The notes under the pieces were generated by a model, which made no database searches, was not told where the DNA came from, and was given only the letters and a program-made list of their open reading frames with translations. The position numbers and the translations under genes are program-made. From positions 1,662-65,661 of the forward strand of contig NZ_DATGTT010000017.1 in the NCBI RefSeq assembly GCF_035301675.1: a stretch of 64,000 bases of DNA, written 5' to 3'. This DNA is from Lentibacillus sp. Its GTDB lineage: Bacteria; Bacillota; Bacilli; Bacillales; Amphibacillaceae. This document shows positions 10,012-20,025 of the stretch, in pieces. Position 1 is the stretch's first letter. Every line of letters begins with the position of its first letter.

Positions 10012-10998
10012 ATGGACACAGGCACCCATATCGTTATGGGGGTTGCAATCGGTGGATTGGCGACGCTGGATCCCGCTGTACAAAATGACCCTGCTTTATT
10101 CAGCGCTGTACTGGCCGGGACTGTTATTGGTTCACATGCGCCGGATTTCGATACCGTTTTAAAATTGCGTAATAACGCTGAGTATATACGACATCACCGC
10201 GGGGCGACGCACTCCGTTCCCGCTGTGATCATGTGGGGACTCTTGTTGGCGGGCATCATTTATATGATTGTCCCAAGTGTCGATTTTTGGCACTTATATG
10301 TCTGGACAGCTCTGGCAGTTGTCATTCATGTGCTTGTGGATATTCCTAATGCATACGGAACACAAGCATATCGGCCCTTTTCCAATAAATGGGTCGCACA
10401 TGGGTTCATTAATACGTTCGATCCATATATATTTCTGCTTCATATTGGCGGAATTGTCGCTTGGCTACTTGGCGCGAATCCGGGATATACGTTTCTGGCC
10501 ATTTATGCGGTTATTGCACTCTATTACGTGAAGCGGTATATGGATAAACGGGAAATTGTCCGGGTGATCAAGGACTTTTACCCGAATACCGAACAAATTG
10601 CAACCTCCCCTACCATTAAACAAAATCAATGGCGTGTGGCCATTACGACAACAGATTATTTCTATGTAGGATCGGTAATTGACGGTCATATTGACATTGT
10701 CGATCAATTCGAGAAAATCCCTTTGCCGGACAATGAACTTTTTGATCTGGCTGTACAGGATAAAAACGTTGCTGCATTCTTATCGTTTTCCCCGGTTTAC
10801 CGCTGGGAAGTGCATGACTTCGATGACTTTACCGAAATTCGATTCATTGATCTGCGATACCGATCGAACGAACGCTACCCATTCGTGGCTGTTGTTCAAA
10901 TCGATGATAACATGCGCATTATGAACTCCTATACAGGTTGGATTTTTTCCGAGCAAAAACTACAAAACAAACTTGAAGTCGGCGACAACCCGGTCTGA
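10012..10998 (+). CDS. yfhP: YfhP-like membrane metal-dependent hydrolase
   Basis: MDTGTHIVMG, APDFD, HRGATHS; divergent from mutY as in Bacillus. Confidence 0.88.
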   Translation: MDTGTHIVMGVAIGGLATLDPAVQNDPALFSAVLAGTVIGSHAPDFDTVLKLRNNAEYIRHHRGATHSVPAVIMWGLLLAGIIYMIVPSVDFWHLYVWTALAVVIHVLVDIPNAYGTQAYRPFSNKWVAHGFINTFDPYIFLLHIGGIVAWLLGANPGYTFLAIYAVIALYYVKRYMDKREIVRVIKDFYPNTEQIATSPTIKQNQWRVAITTTDYFYVGSVIDGHIDIVDQFEKIPLPDNELFDLAVQDKNVAAFLSFSPVYRWEVHDFDDFTEIRFIDLRYRSNERYPFVAVVQIDDNMRIMNSYTGWIFSEQKLQNKLEVGDNPV

Positions 10999-11022
10999 GG
11001 GGATGAATGATTCTTATTTGCT

Positions 11023-11252
11023 GAGGCTCGGACAAAACTAAATAATCAATCCTAAAGATGATACTCCTTAAGCGGAGGAAATATACGGAGTCCCCTGCGG
11101 CAAAGGCCTATGTGAGACCCCGAAGAACGGAGTACGAGGAGGCTCACCAGCCGCCCTAAGGTGCGCCAGTATATTTCCGAAGGGGGGTATATGCACCAAC
11201 TATAATGACTAGTTAGTTCGGATTTTTTGATTCAATACTTTTGTCCAGCCTC
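11023..11252. mobile_element. Family B MITE-like element
   Basis: TIRs GAGGCTCGGACAAAA ... TTTTGTCCAGCCTC; core GAGACCCCG...GAGGAGGCTCACCAGCCGCCC. Confidence 0.8.
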
Positions 11253-11282
11253 TTTTTAAATTAACAAATGATTGCATTATTC

Positions 11283-11618
11283 CTAATCCTCGACCTTATC
11301 TCCCAGCAGTGAAATCGGAAGTGCCTCTTCCTTTTCGTGCACTTCATTCAGTAAATTGACACGATGCCCCCAGGCAAACACACCATTGATAAAATTGATT
11401 TTGAATTTGTAGCCCGGATCTCCCTTCAATTCATAGACTTCCTGCGGTGAGAAATCATCCGGGTTGATCATATAAGCAATCGCGACCTGCATTTTGCGTT
11501 CATTAATGGCCACTTCACTTATATTTCCCAGCTGTTCAGCTTTCTGCGCTTTTTCCTTCAGCTTGCCAACTTCCTCACGAAGCTGCTCAATTGTAAAATC
11601 ACTATATCGGTAATCCAT
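11283..11618 (-). CDS. yfhH: YfhH family protein
   Basis: RYSDFTIEQL, KEKAQKAEQLG, INGVFAWG. Confidence 0.88.
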   Translation of the reverse strand: MDYRYSDFTIEQLREEVGKLKEKAQKAEQLGNISEVAINERKMQVAIAYMINPDDFSPQEVYELKGDPGYKFKINFINGVFAWGHRVNLLNEVHEKEEALPISLLGDKVED

Positions 11619-11890
11619 TGTTTGATGCTCCCTTCTCTAACCAGTTTATATTTTATCAGTAGTTTAGGAAAATGAACACTCCCCAACACCTGCTCACGCT
11701 TAGAAAGCTTCTTTACAGTAAAAAAACCCGCTTACCTTTTCGCGAAAATGCGACATACAACAAAAAATCAAAACATAAAAGACCGCGGATATGATATCCT
11801 TGCCCTAAAGACATCTTACGAGAGAATACAATGCTAATGGGTTATTCCCGTCTGCAGGGTAAACACTTTATTATTTGGAGGAGATAAAGC

Positions 11891-12550
11891 ATGTCTACGG
11901 TTGCAATCACAGGAGCAGGAAGCGGTCTCGGCCGCGCGCTTGCGCTGAAATATGCCAATAACGATTATAAAATTTTTTTACTGGGACGGAATGATACGAA
12001 GCTTCAACTGGTTCAAAAAGAAATCCAGCGAATTAACGGACAGGCGGAAGTTATCCTATGTGATGTGCAGGAGCCTGCTTCAGTCAGTATCGCTTTTCAG
12101 CAAATCGGTGAACTCGATGTGTTTATCAATAACGCCGGCGTTGGAATCTTTGGTCCGCTGGAAGATTATTCTGTAAGTGATATCGACAAAACACTCCACA
12201 CAAATGTGAAAGGGACCATCCTGAGCGTCCAGTCCGCACTTCCGATGATCCGAAAAAATAATGGCCGAATTTTAACGATTATTTCCACTGCAGGACTGCG
12301 CGGAAAGGTGCATGAATCGATCTATTGTGCCAGCAAGTTTGCCGTAAAAGGTTTTACGGAAAGCATGCAAAAAGAATGTGAGAATGAGCCGATTGGGATA
12401 ACATCTGTTTACATGGGCGGCATGAACACACCTTTCTGGGATGATTCATCACATGTGGAGGACCCATCTGTTCTAAAAAGACCGGAAGATGTAGCCGAGC
12501 AGATTTTTAATGAGGATGACGGCCGAAGTGAAATCGTTATTGACCGGTAG
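11891..12550 (+). CDS. Short-chain dehydrogenase/reductase
   Basis: TGAGSGLG, NNAG, YCASK. Confidence 0.92.
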   Translation: MSTVAITGAGSGLGRALALKYANNDYKIFLLGRNDTKLQLVQKEIQRINGQAEVILCDVQEPASVSIAFQQIGELDVFINNAGVGIFGPLEDYSVSDIDKTLHTNVKGTILSVQSALPMIRKNNGRILTIISTAGLRGKVHESIYCASKFAVKGFTESMQKECENEPIGITSVYMGGMNTPFWDDSSHVEDPSVLKRPEDVAEQIFNEDDGRSEIVIDR

Positions 12551-12597
12551 TTTATGGATATATAGCGAAATCCATTGCTGGTCTATAAAACAAGACG

Positions 12598-13410
12598 TCA
12601 GTCCTCGCGTTTTTCATCTAAAAATGCATTAATCAGATCAATTGTGAAGCCTTTGCGATATAAGGCTTCTTTTATTTTCTGTTCAAGCTCAAAGCCGCTG
12701 TGTTTCTGCTCGTGTTTACGAAGCACTTTTTCACCTTGCTTTACAAGTGCTTCCCATTCGGCATTATCGTCTTTTTCATGCTCCAATTCTGCAGTGACTT
12801 CCTTTACGACATCACCGGAAAAGCCTTTTTGCATAAGTGTTCCCTGCAGTTGCTGGATCTGCTGCCGAAATGATTTTTTGCTGCTTGATCCGAGCTTTTT
12901 CCTAGCCAGCTTTGATGCTTTTTCAAATTGGACATCGAAGGTATACATGTCGATCGCTTCAGCGGCAAACACTTCATCGACTCCTTTTTGAAGCAGTTCC
13001 TTTCTGACGAGCATCGGGCCTTTGTTTGACGTCTGCATGCGTGTCCGGACGAAGCTTTGCGCAAATTGCCTATCATCTATCAGACGTTCGGCCGTCAGTT
13101 TGTCCATGATTTGAGCGATATGTTCTTCATCTACTTCTTTTTGAACAAGGTAGTCACGGATTTCCTTTTTCGTACGCATGCGGTAGCTTAAAAAATTAAT
13201 GGCAAGGGTATATGATTTATGTAACGTATCTTTCTGGATAAGTGCCGTTATGGTGGCATCATCAAGATCCAAATCTTTACGCAGCCGGTACTCAATCAAT
13301 ATCGCCTCATCGACACTGAACCCGTACTTTTCCCCGTTACCGTCATCCAAAAAAATATTATAGCGGTCTTTGTGCTTCTTTTGTGTAGTGATCCGGGTAA
13401 TTTTAGCCAT
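12598..13410 (-). CDS. recX: Recombination regulator RecX
   Basis: MAKITRITTQKKHKDRYNIF, LSYRMRT, KGP, LYRKGF; start at ATG 13410. Confidence 0.93.
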   Translation of the reverse strand: MAKITRITTQKKHKDRYNIFLDDGNGEKYGFSVDEAILIEYRLRKDLDLDDATITALIQKDTLHKSYTLAINFLSYRMRTKKEIRDYLVQKEVDEEHIAQIMDKLTAERLIDDRQFAQSFVRTRMQTSNKGPMLVRKELLQKGVDEVFAAEAIDMYTFDVQFEKASKLARKKLGSSSKKSFRQQIQQLQGTLMQKGFSGDVVKEVTAELEHEKDDNAEWEALVKQGEKVLRKHEQKHSGFELEQKIKEALYRKGFTIDLINAFLDEKRED

Positions 13411-13517
13411 TAAGCTCCCTCCTTCTGTCAAAAATATTATATCATGAAAATCACCAGGAAAAATCAGCATACTAAGAGAATTATTTAAAATAAACTATTA
13501 TGATTGGAGTGAACGAA

Positions 13518-14408
13518 ATGAATATCATGATTACCGGCGGAACCGGCTTTGTCGGTAAGAATCTGACACAGGCATTAACCGAAAAAGGGCATATTGTTTA
13601 CATATTGACACGCTCACCTGAGAAGTATACAAACACCAGTCATACCGCCTTCATTGGCTATGACCACCCGATTGAAGACTTACGGAGGATTCATGCGGTC
13701 ATCAATCTGGCCGGGGACTCGCTGTTCGGTTATTGGACAAAAAAGAAAAAGAAAGCCATCCGCACAAGCCGGATTGAAACAACGCAAAAGGTCATCAGGA
13801 TGATGAAACAAATGGACCGGAAACCGGATGTCTTCATTAGCGGCTCAGCAGTCGGTTTTTATGGGACTTCAGAGGATCTCATCTTCACGGAACAAACAGT
13901 AAAGCCCGGTGATGACTTCCTGGCAGATGTAGTTGCGGATTGGGAACAGACGGCCAAACAGGCGGAACAGCTTGGCATCCGAACCGTTTTCACACGATTT
14001 GGTGTCATTTTGGGACAGGAGGGTGCGCTGCCGCTGATGAAGCTGCCGGTTAAAATGTTTGCCGGGGGCAGAGTCGGAAACGGTGAACAATGGGTCTCAT
14101 GGGTTCATGTAGAGGATGTCGTCGGGCTGATACAATTTTGTATGTTTAACGAACATATCAATGGTCCCGTCAATCTGACCGCGCCAAATCCGAAACGGAA
14201 TAAAGATTTCACCCGTATACTTGCTGATGTGTTGAACCGTCCCTTTTGGCTTCCGGCTCCAGCTTTGATGGTCCGGACGGCTATTGGGGAGATGAGCCTG
14301 TTAATCGCAAAAGGACAATATGTTCTGCCGGAAAAAGCTCAGGAATACCGCTATTCATTTTCCTTTCCATACCTCAAAGAAGCTTTAAAGCAAACAGAGC
14401 GGCAGTGA
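13518..14408 (+). CDS. yfhF: TIGR01777 family NAD-dependent epimerase/oxidoreductase
   Basis: ITGGTGFVG, INLAG, SAVGFYG, GEQWVSWVH. Confidence 0.9.
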   Translation: MNIMITGGTGFVGKNLTQALTEKGHIVYILTRSPEKYTNTSHTAFIGYDHPIEDLRRIHAVINLAGDSLFGYWTKKKKKAIRTSRIETTQKVIRMMKQMDRKPDVFISGSAVGFYGTSEDLIFTEQTVKPGDDFLADVVADWEQTAKQAEQLGIRTVFTRFGVILGQEGALPLMKLPVKMFAGGRVGNGEQWVSWVHVEDVVGLIQFCMFNEHINGPVNLTAPNPKRNKDFTRILADVLNRPFWLPAPALMVRTAIGEMSLLIAKGQYVLPEKAQEYRYSFSFPYLKEALKQTERQ

Positions 14409-14473
14409 ATATGTTTTCCCGCGTATATTTCCATCGCTTTGAAACAGTCTATTATAAAAGTGAGGAATTGCTT

Positions 14474-14599
14474 ATGCCAAAAAAACCAATCGAACAGGAA
14501 AGATTTTTATCCAAAACACAGGAAGTTCTTTATCAAAAAGAATTCCGGAGGGCTGACCATGCTTACAACCGGATGTCCCAAAAAGGAAATCGCAGTTAA
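14474..14599 (+). CDS. yfhE: YfhE family small protein (41 aa)
   Basis: GAGGA RBS; MPKKPIEQERFLSKTQEVLYQKEFRRAD; synteny after yfhF. Confidence 0.8.
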   Translation: MPKKPIEQERFLSKTQEVLYQKEFRRADHAYNRMSQKGNRS

Positions 14600-14618
14600 T
14601 CCACGCGATTTCCTTTTT
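14580..14618 (+). terminator. Intrinsic terminator after yfhE
   Basis: AAAAAGGAAATCGC-loop-GCGATTTCCTTTTT. Confidence 0.75.
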
Positions 14619-14619
14619 G

Positions 14620-14791
14620 TTATCCACAGCATTGTTGATAAAGTTGTGGAATCCCAGCACAAATGGACCGCTTATACACACGTTTTCGGTGGATAACTTT
14701 TCAAATAAGTGTGGACAATGTGCATAAATCTGTTGATTACTTTCTGTCAGCTAATCAACCTGTTGATAATTCCGTGGATGGTTGTGTATAT
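14620..14791. promoter_or_regulatory. DnaA-box cluster
   Basis: Eight 9-mers within one mismatch of TTATNCACA on either strand (14620, 14633, 14672, 14688, 14710, 14719, 14761, 14783). Confidence 0.8.
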
Positions 14792-14864
14792 TCATGCTGG
14801 AAAACCTTATCCGGTATTTTGTCCGAGAAAATGAGGCAAATACCGGTTTTTTATGGATTTAAAC

Positions 14865-14890
14865 AGAACCTTTTTGTGGTATATTCCGTA
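14865..14890 (+). promoter_or_regulatory. Candidate ECF-sigma (SigW/SigY-like) promoter
   Basis: AGAACC-N16-CGTA upstream of the yxlEFG-like operon. Confidence 0.5.
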
Positions 14891-14923
14891 TGAGTACTAT
14901 ACTATTCGATTGAGGTGTACATA

Positions 14924-15133
14924 GTGGAAGAGCTTAATATTTTAAGTGAAATCAATTGGGCCGTCATCGCACCACTGGTCGTCATTCAATTGATTCTGCT
15001 GGCCGTTGCCGTCATTGATCTGGTTCGAATTGACCGAACCAACGGCCCAAAGTGGATGTGGGCGCTTATTGTTATCATTATCAATATCATCGGCCCGATT
15101 ATATATTTCATTTTTGGAAGGAGAAACGACTAA
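14924..15133 (+). CDS. PLDc N-terminal domain membrane protein (YxlE-like)
   Basis: Two TM helices, GPKWMWALIVIIINIIGPIIYFIFGR; GTG start after GAGGTG. Confidence 0.85.
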   Translation: MEELNILSEINWAVIAPLVVIQLILLAVAVIDLVRIDRTNGPKWMWALIVIIINIIGPIIYFIFGRRND

Positions 15134-16042
15134 ATGGCGCTGCTCACCGTTGAAAACCTAAGCAAACAGTATGACAACAGCCTGGTTGTCAATCAGACGA
15201 GTTTCCAATTTGAATCAGGGAAGTGTGTGGCGCTGATTGGCCCGAATGGTGCCGGAAAAACCACGACACTAAGAATGCTTTCCGGATTGCTGAAACCGAC
15301 AAGCGGCACCATTACATTCGATGATATGAAACAAAATGCCGATATCCGGGGAAATATCGGCTATTTGCCGCAGCATCCTGTTTTCTTTAAATGGATGACG
15401 GGACAGGAATTTCTCATTTATGTCGGGCGGCTGGCAAATCTGTCAAAGCAGGAAGCCGAAAGCCGGGCAGAAAGGCTTCTTGATTGCGTTGGTCTGACCG
15501 AATCTGCCAAGCGGCGAATCGGAAAGTACTCCGGCGGAATGAAGCAGCGGCTCGGGATTGCACAGGCTATGATCCATCAGCCGAAATTGCTGATACTTGA
15601 TGAGCCGGTATCTTCCTTGGACCCAATCGGCCGTCGTGACGTTCTGACTTTGATGGAAGAATTGAAAAAAGATATGACGATTCTATTCTCGACCCACATT
15701 TTAAGTGACGCAGATGAGGTCAGCGACGAATTGCTGCTTCTGCATGAAGGCAGAATCGTTGAATCAGGCTCAATGACTGAACTTCGCGATAAATATCAGA
15801 CCGCCAAAATTGAACTCGGTTTTGACGGGGATTTACATAAATATAAAGAACAGATAACAGACCTGCCTGCCGTCACTGACTGCTATATTGAACGGGACCT
15901 GCTGCATGTGAACATACAGGATATGGCAGCAGCGCGGCATAATATTCTGGCAATCGCCTCAGCTCAAGAATGGCCGCTGACGTCTTTTGCCATTAACCGT
16001 GCGTCACTGGAGGATATGTTCATGAAGGCGGTGAATGGCTGA
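15134..16042 (+). CDS. ABC transporter ATP-binding protein (YxlF-like)
   Basis: GPNGAGKTT, YSGGMKQR, LDEP. Confidence 0.92.
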   Translation: MALLTVENLSKQYDNSLVVNQTSFQFESGKCVALIGPNGAGKTTTLRMLSGLLKPTSGTITFDDMKQNADIRGNIGYLPQHPVFFKWMTGQEFLIYVGRLANLSKQEAESRAERLLDCVGLTESAKRRIGKYSGGMKQRLGIAQAMIHQPKLLILDEPVSSLDPIGRRDVLTLMEELKKDMTILFSTHILSDADEVSDELLLLHEGRIVESGSMTELRDKYQTAKIELGFDGDLHKYKEQITDLPAVTDCYIERDLLHVNIQDMAAARHNILAIASAQEWPLTSFAINRASLEDMFMKAVNG

Positions 16043-16818
16043 TGCAATGGTGGACACTTTTTCAAAAAGAACTTATCGAAAACATGCGTAACGTAAAATG
16101 GATTTGGGTGCCACTGATCATGATACTGATAGCGATTATGGATCCGCTCACCAATTACTACCTGCCGCAAATTATTGAGGCCACCGGCGGAATGCCTGAG
16201 GGTGCCAAAATTCAGCTGCCGGACTACCAGCCAAGCGATGTCGTCATGATGAGCCTAGGGCAGTTCAATACAATCGGAGTCCTGATCATTGCGTTAATTT
16301 CAATGGGGACGATTGCCGGTGAGCGTAAAAATGGCGTCTCGGAACTGATTCTGGTTAAACCTGTTTCCTATCTGAACTACATTACCGCCAAATGGGCATC
16401 ATTTGTACTCTTGACACTGGTCAGTTTCTCGATGGGGATGCTTGCCAGCTGGTACTATATCAATTTACTATTCGGTGAATTATCATTGGTAGCACTGCTT
16501 CATATATTATTCTTTTACGGCTTGTGGCTGATGCTTGTCGTATCGTTATCGATTTTTTATAATACCTTATTCAAGACACCTGGTCTTGTCGCATTTTTGA
16601 CCATTTCAACGATTGTATTGATGGGTGCGGTGACAACGGTATTTTCCCATATACTCGAATGGAGTCCCAGCCGTATTACCAACTATATTCAGAAAATGAT
16701 TGTCACCGGAAATGTCCCGTCCGATTTAGCCGGTGCGGCCATTGTCACACTCAGCACGATTGTATTACTGATAGCGGCTTCAGTTGTAGCATTCAGAAAA
16801 AAAGAATTAGCAAGTTAA
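16042..16818 (+). CDS. ABC-2 type permease (YxlG-like)
   Basis: Six TM segments; MQWWTLFQKE; coupled to the ATPase gene. Confidence 0.88.
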   Translation: MQWWTLFQKELIENMRNVKWIWVPLIMILIAIMDPLTNYYLPQIIEATGGMPEGAKIQLPDYQPSDVVMMSLGQFNTIGVLIIALISMGTIAGERKNGVSELILVKPVSYLNYITAKWASFVLLTLVSFSMGMLASWYYINLLFGELSLVALLHILFFYGLWLMLVVSLSIFYNTLFKTPGLVAFLTISTIVLMGAVTTVFSHILEWSPSRITNYIQKMIVTGNVPSDLAGAAIVTLSTIVLLIAASVVAFRKKELAS

Positions 16819-16845
16819 AAGGGGCTGGGAGCACCAGCCCTTTTC
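16817..16845. terminator. Bidirectional terminator between convergent ABC operons
   Basis: AAAAGGGGCTGG-gagca-CCAGCCCTTTT. Confidence 0.75.
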
Positions 16846-17552
16846 TATCTTACTTTAACCGTTGTAATCCTGCGTAAAAACAGATAAGAGGTCCCATAAA
16901 TCATGGTTCCGACACCCAGCAGTTGATAAAAGAAACCAAGATCGATTCCCGAAAAGACATCAACAACAAAATCAAGGAGCCATCCCTGTGCTATTCCTAA
17001 CAGACTGATAATCAGCAGCGCGCCAAGAAAACTGCCGCCGCCTGCCAGACCATATTTATAGAACAGCAGACCAATGATAAACAAGACTGCCATAAGGAAA
17101 AACATGATGGACGTATCAATTAAAATACGCGTGTACCAAGTATCATCCAGAAAATAAGCGGGATGGAGAAATGAGAACAGGTCAGTCCCCGTTGCGTTCA
17201 TTAATGCCATGACAATCTCCTGCAGAATCGTCGCGGCAAGTGCCATTACAACGGATAAAACAAGAAAAAATATCCCAGTGCCGACAAATATATTTTTCCG
17301 TGTAGCACCCATCTTAATGGAAAACGGCAGAGACTCCTTTACGGTCAAAAATCCCAAAATCGCACAATATACATATATTGGTCCGGTTAGGCTGAACGTA
17401 AAAAATGTATCCTCATTATCCAAGCCTGCCAGGAAGTACGTGAAGGCCAGTGAAACAACCAATATAGCCAGTATAATCGTCCAAAAAATCATTAGTGAGT
17501 AACGAAGATCCGATACGTAGAAGTACAGCAACCCTTTAATCTGTCTGCCCAT
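16845..17552 (-). CDS. ABC transporter permease
   Basis: Six TM segments, SIKMGATRK loop; downstream of ABC ATPase. Confidence 0.8.
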   Translation of the reverse strand: MGRQIKGLLYFYVSDLRYSLMIFWTIILAILVVSLAFTYFLAGLDNEDTFFTFSLTGPIYVYCAILGFLTVKESLPFSIKMGATRKNIFVGTGIFFLVLSVVMALAATILQEIVMALMNATGTDLFSFLHPAYFLDDTWYTRILIDTSIMFFLMAVLFIIGLLFYKYGLAGGGSFLGALLIISLLGIAQGWLLDFVVDVFSGIDLGFFYQLLGVGTMIYGTSYLFLRRITTVKVR

Positions 17553-17555
17553 TTG

Positions 17556-18413
17556 TTATGCCCCCTTATTTTCTGTTAAATAAATCATCAGTTCCTGAAT
17601 TGGTATGCCTTCAGCTGTCAGCCCGGCTGACTTTGCCTGATCCATATTTCCATAGATATATGCAGTCATCATCCCAGCAAGCTGTTTGCTCTGAATAACT
17701 TCTTTGTCTTCGATAAACACTTCAACATCCTGAACCGGTCCGGAAACCGCGTATGCATGGTCACGCAGCGCGTCAGCTTCTTGCTGCAGGACAAGTTTTC
17801 CATCTTGTAAAATAAGCACTTCCTCAAACATCAGACTGACTTCATCGATCAGGTGCGTGGAAAAGATAATCATTCGTTTTTCCGCTTCATATTCTTCCAG
17901 TAAAATATCATAAAACTTTTTCCGTGCGGCTGCGTCAAGCCCAATATATGGTTCATCAAAAATCGTGATCGGCGCCTTGCTTGCCAGCCCGACGATAATG
18001 CCGAGTGCTGATGCCATCCCCTTTGATAATGTTTTTACTTTCGCATTTAAATTAAGATTATACTCCTTGATTAATTCATCAGCCAGCTCCTGGTCCCATG
18101 TCGGATAAAAATAAGCGTAAATTTTAAGGACATTTTTGACTTTTAAATCTTTTTTAAAGTTATCGCCCTCTTTAATCAGACAAATTGATTCCGTCAGGTG
18201 CTGATTATCAAACGGATTTTCGCCATCAATCAGAATCTCGCCCTTGGAGGCTAAAATGTGCCCCGATAAAATATCCATAAATGTTGTCTTCCCCGCTCCA
18301 TTTCTTCCCAGAAGCCCGTAAATTTTTGGCTCTGATAACATAAACGAAACATTGTCCAGTGCTTTCGCATCTTTATATGTTTTCGATACATTTTTGACCT
18401 CAATTTTCATCAT
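17556..18413 (-). CDS. ABC transporter ATP-binding protein
   Basis: GRNGAGKTT, LSKGM, FDEPYIGLD. Confidence 0.92.
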   Translation of the reverse strand: MMKIEVKNVSKTYKDAKALDNVSFMLSEPKIYGLLGRNGAGKTTFMDILSGHILASKGEILIDGENPFDNQHLTESICLIKEGDNFKKDLKVKNVLKIYAYFYPTWDQELADELIKEYNLNLNAKVKTLSKGMASALGIIVGLASKAPITIFDEPYIGLDAAARKKFYDILLEEYEAEKRMIIFSTHLIDEVSLMFEEVLILQDGKLVLQQEADALRDHAYAVSGPVQDVEVFIEDKEVIQSKQLAGMMTAYIYGNMDQAKSAGLTAEGIPIQELMIYLTENKGA

Positions 18414-18777
18414 GGTTCTCCTCCCTGTTCACCATTTCCAGCAGTTCGCTTTTATTAATTTTTAATTTGGCTGCTTCATCCTTTAATGGCAGTACAAAAT
18501 GTTCATAAAACGTCTGTTTGCGCTTCCCGATTAAAATCGTTTCGGCATCTTCGGTTACAAACATTCCAACACCCCTCCGTTTCACTAAGATACCTTCATC
18601 CACCAGCTCATTGGTCCCTTTCGCAGCCGTTGCCGGGTTGATTTGGTAGTGTTTGGCAAATTCATTTGTGGACGGAACACGCTCCCCCGGGTTGATTGTT
18701 CCATTGATAATCGCGTCTTCCAGATGTTCTTTGATCTGCATAAAAATCGGCTTATTTTCATCCAATTGCAATTTCAT
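18400..18777 (-). CDS. GntR (YtrA subfamily) regulator
   Basis: PIFMQI, INPATAAKG, KRRGVGMFV; short C-terminus; upstream of ABC genes. Confidence 0.92.
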   Translation of the reverse strand: MKLQLDENKPIFMQIKEHLEDAIINGTINPGERVPSTNEFAKHYQINPATAAKGTNELVDEGILVKRRGVGMFVTEDAETILIGKRKQTFYEHFVLPLKDEAAKLKINKSELLEMVNREENHDEN

Positions 18778-18798
18778 AATGAGGCTCCTTAGGTGATT

Positions 18799-18848
18799 GG
18801 TTAATTACTTATGTAACTAACCGTATAACTAATCCATGATTTTGTCAA
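18799..18848 (-). promoter_or_regulatory. Candidate YtrA-type operator overlapping sigma-A promoter
   Basis: GGTTAATTAC-TTAT-GTAACTAACC inverted repeat (18799-18822); TTGACA-N17-TACGGT. Confidence 0.6.
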
Positions 18849-18971
18849 TAACTTTCTGAAAAACATATGAAAATGCTAAAGTTCACAATTAAAGTCCAAA
18901 ATTCACAGAAATCGTAAAGCAATCTGACTTCATTAAAAAGCCCCGCACCTTAACCAAAGTGCGGAGCCTAT

Positions 18972-19151
18972 CTAGTCTTCCCCTATTTTTTTATCCTGTG
19001 ATTTAGGGAGACGGCCTGCTTTTTTTGCCGATTCACGGAGCAAAAATTCCACGTGACTATTGACGCTTCGAAATTCATCTTTAGCCCAGACTTGAAGGAT
19101 CTCATACAATTTCGGATCGATCCTTAATGGGAAATTCTTTTTTTTAGCCAT
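18972..19151 (-). CDS. Arc-like ribbon-helix-helix DNA-binding protein
   Basis: MAKKKNFPLRIDPKLYE...WAKDEFRSVNSHVEFLL; ATG 19151 after AAGGGA. Confidence 0.85.
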   Translation of the reverse strand: MAKKKNFPLRIDPKLYEILQVWAKDEFRSVNSHVEFLLRESAKKAGRLPKSQDKKIGED

Positions 19152-19164
19152 CGAATCCCTTCTT

Positions 19165-20025
19165 TTATTGATAAAGTGATCCAGTGTTGACAACCGGCTG
19201 TGTACCATTGTCGGAAACAATCGACACCATCAGATTATTAACCATGGTAGCACGCCGCTCTTCATCCAAATCGACGATGCCATCTTTCTCCAGCTGGGAA
19301 ATTGCATCCTCAACCATCCCGACAGCGCCTTCCACAATTTGCTTGCGAGCTGCGATTATTGCACTAGCCTGCTGGCGCTGAAGCATCGCCTGGGCAACTT
19401 CAGTGGAATAAGCGAGATGTGTCAGCCGTGTTTCCAGCACTTCCACCCCGGCTACCGTCAGCCGCTCCTGAAGATCCTTTGCCAACTCCTTCGATACTTC
19501 TTCCGCATTTCCGCGCAGTGTCATTTCATTATCCGTAAAGGTGTCGTACGGATATTGAGTAGCGACAGCACGAATGGCTGTTTCACTTTGGATTTCCACA
19601 TATTTTTCGTAGCGGTCCACTTCAAAAACCGCTTTTGCTGCATCCACTACCCTGAACACAATAACAGCAGCAATTTCAATCGGATTCCCGTTGACATCGT
19701 TTACTTTCAGCTGGCTGCTGTTAAAGTTGCGGACACGCAGGGAAACCATCCTTCTCATTGAAAATGGAACGGTAACAGCAATTCCTTCTTTGCGGATGCT
19801 TCCCATATATTTTCCGAGAAAAATCACAACCGCTGCCTGGTTCGGCTGAACAACCGTAGTGCCGCTTCCAAGCGCGATTGCAATAACCAGGGCAATACCA
19901 CCAATAATAAACTGTGCTTCAAGAAAGCTCATCACCGTCACGGCCACCAGTATGGCAATGGCCAGAATACCGACATACCCATTCATCATCCACGCGTCTT
20001 TTTCACGTATCACCTGGATACTCAC
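19165..20025 (-). CDS. SPFH/band-7 domain membrane protein
   Basis: Two [37 protein letters not shown]. Confidence 0.92.
   Translation of the reverse strand: MSIQVIREKDAWMMNGYVGILAIAILVAVTVMSFLEAQFIIGGIALVIAIALGSGTTVVQPNQAAVVIFLGKYMGSIRKEGIAVTVPFSMRRMVSLRVRNFNSSQLKVNDVNGNPIEIAAVIVFRVVDAAKAVFEVDRYEKYVEIQSETAIRAVATQYPYDTFTDNEMTLRGNAEEVSKELAKDLQERLTVAGVEVLETRLTHLAYSTEVAQAMLQRQQASAIIAARKQIVEGAVGMVEDAISQLEKDGIVDLDEERRATMVNNLMVSIVSDNGTQPVVNTGSLYQ

Noticed and set aside
14620-14791. Replication origin (oriC or plasmid ori)
   Set aside because: No dnaA, dnaN or rep gene and no obvious AT-rich unwinding element; flanked by ordinary yfh backbone genes
18972-19151. Toxin-antitoxin antitoxin
   Set aside because: No adjacent toxin gene; the partner is an SPFH protein
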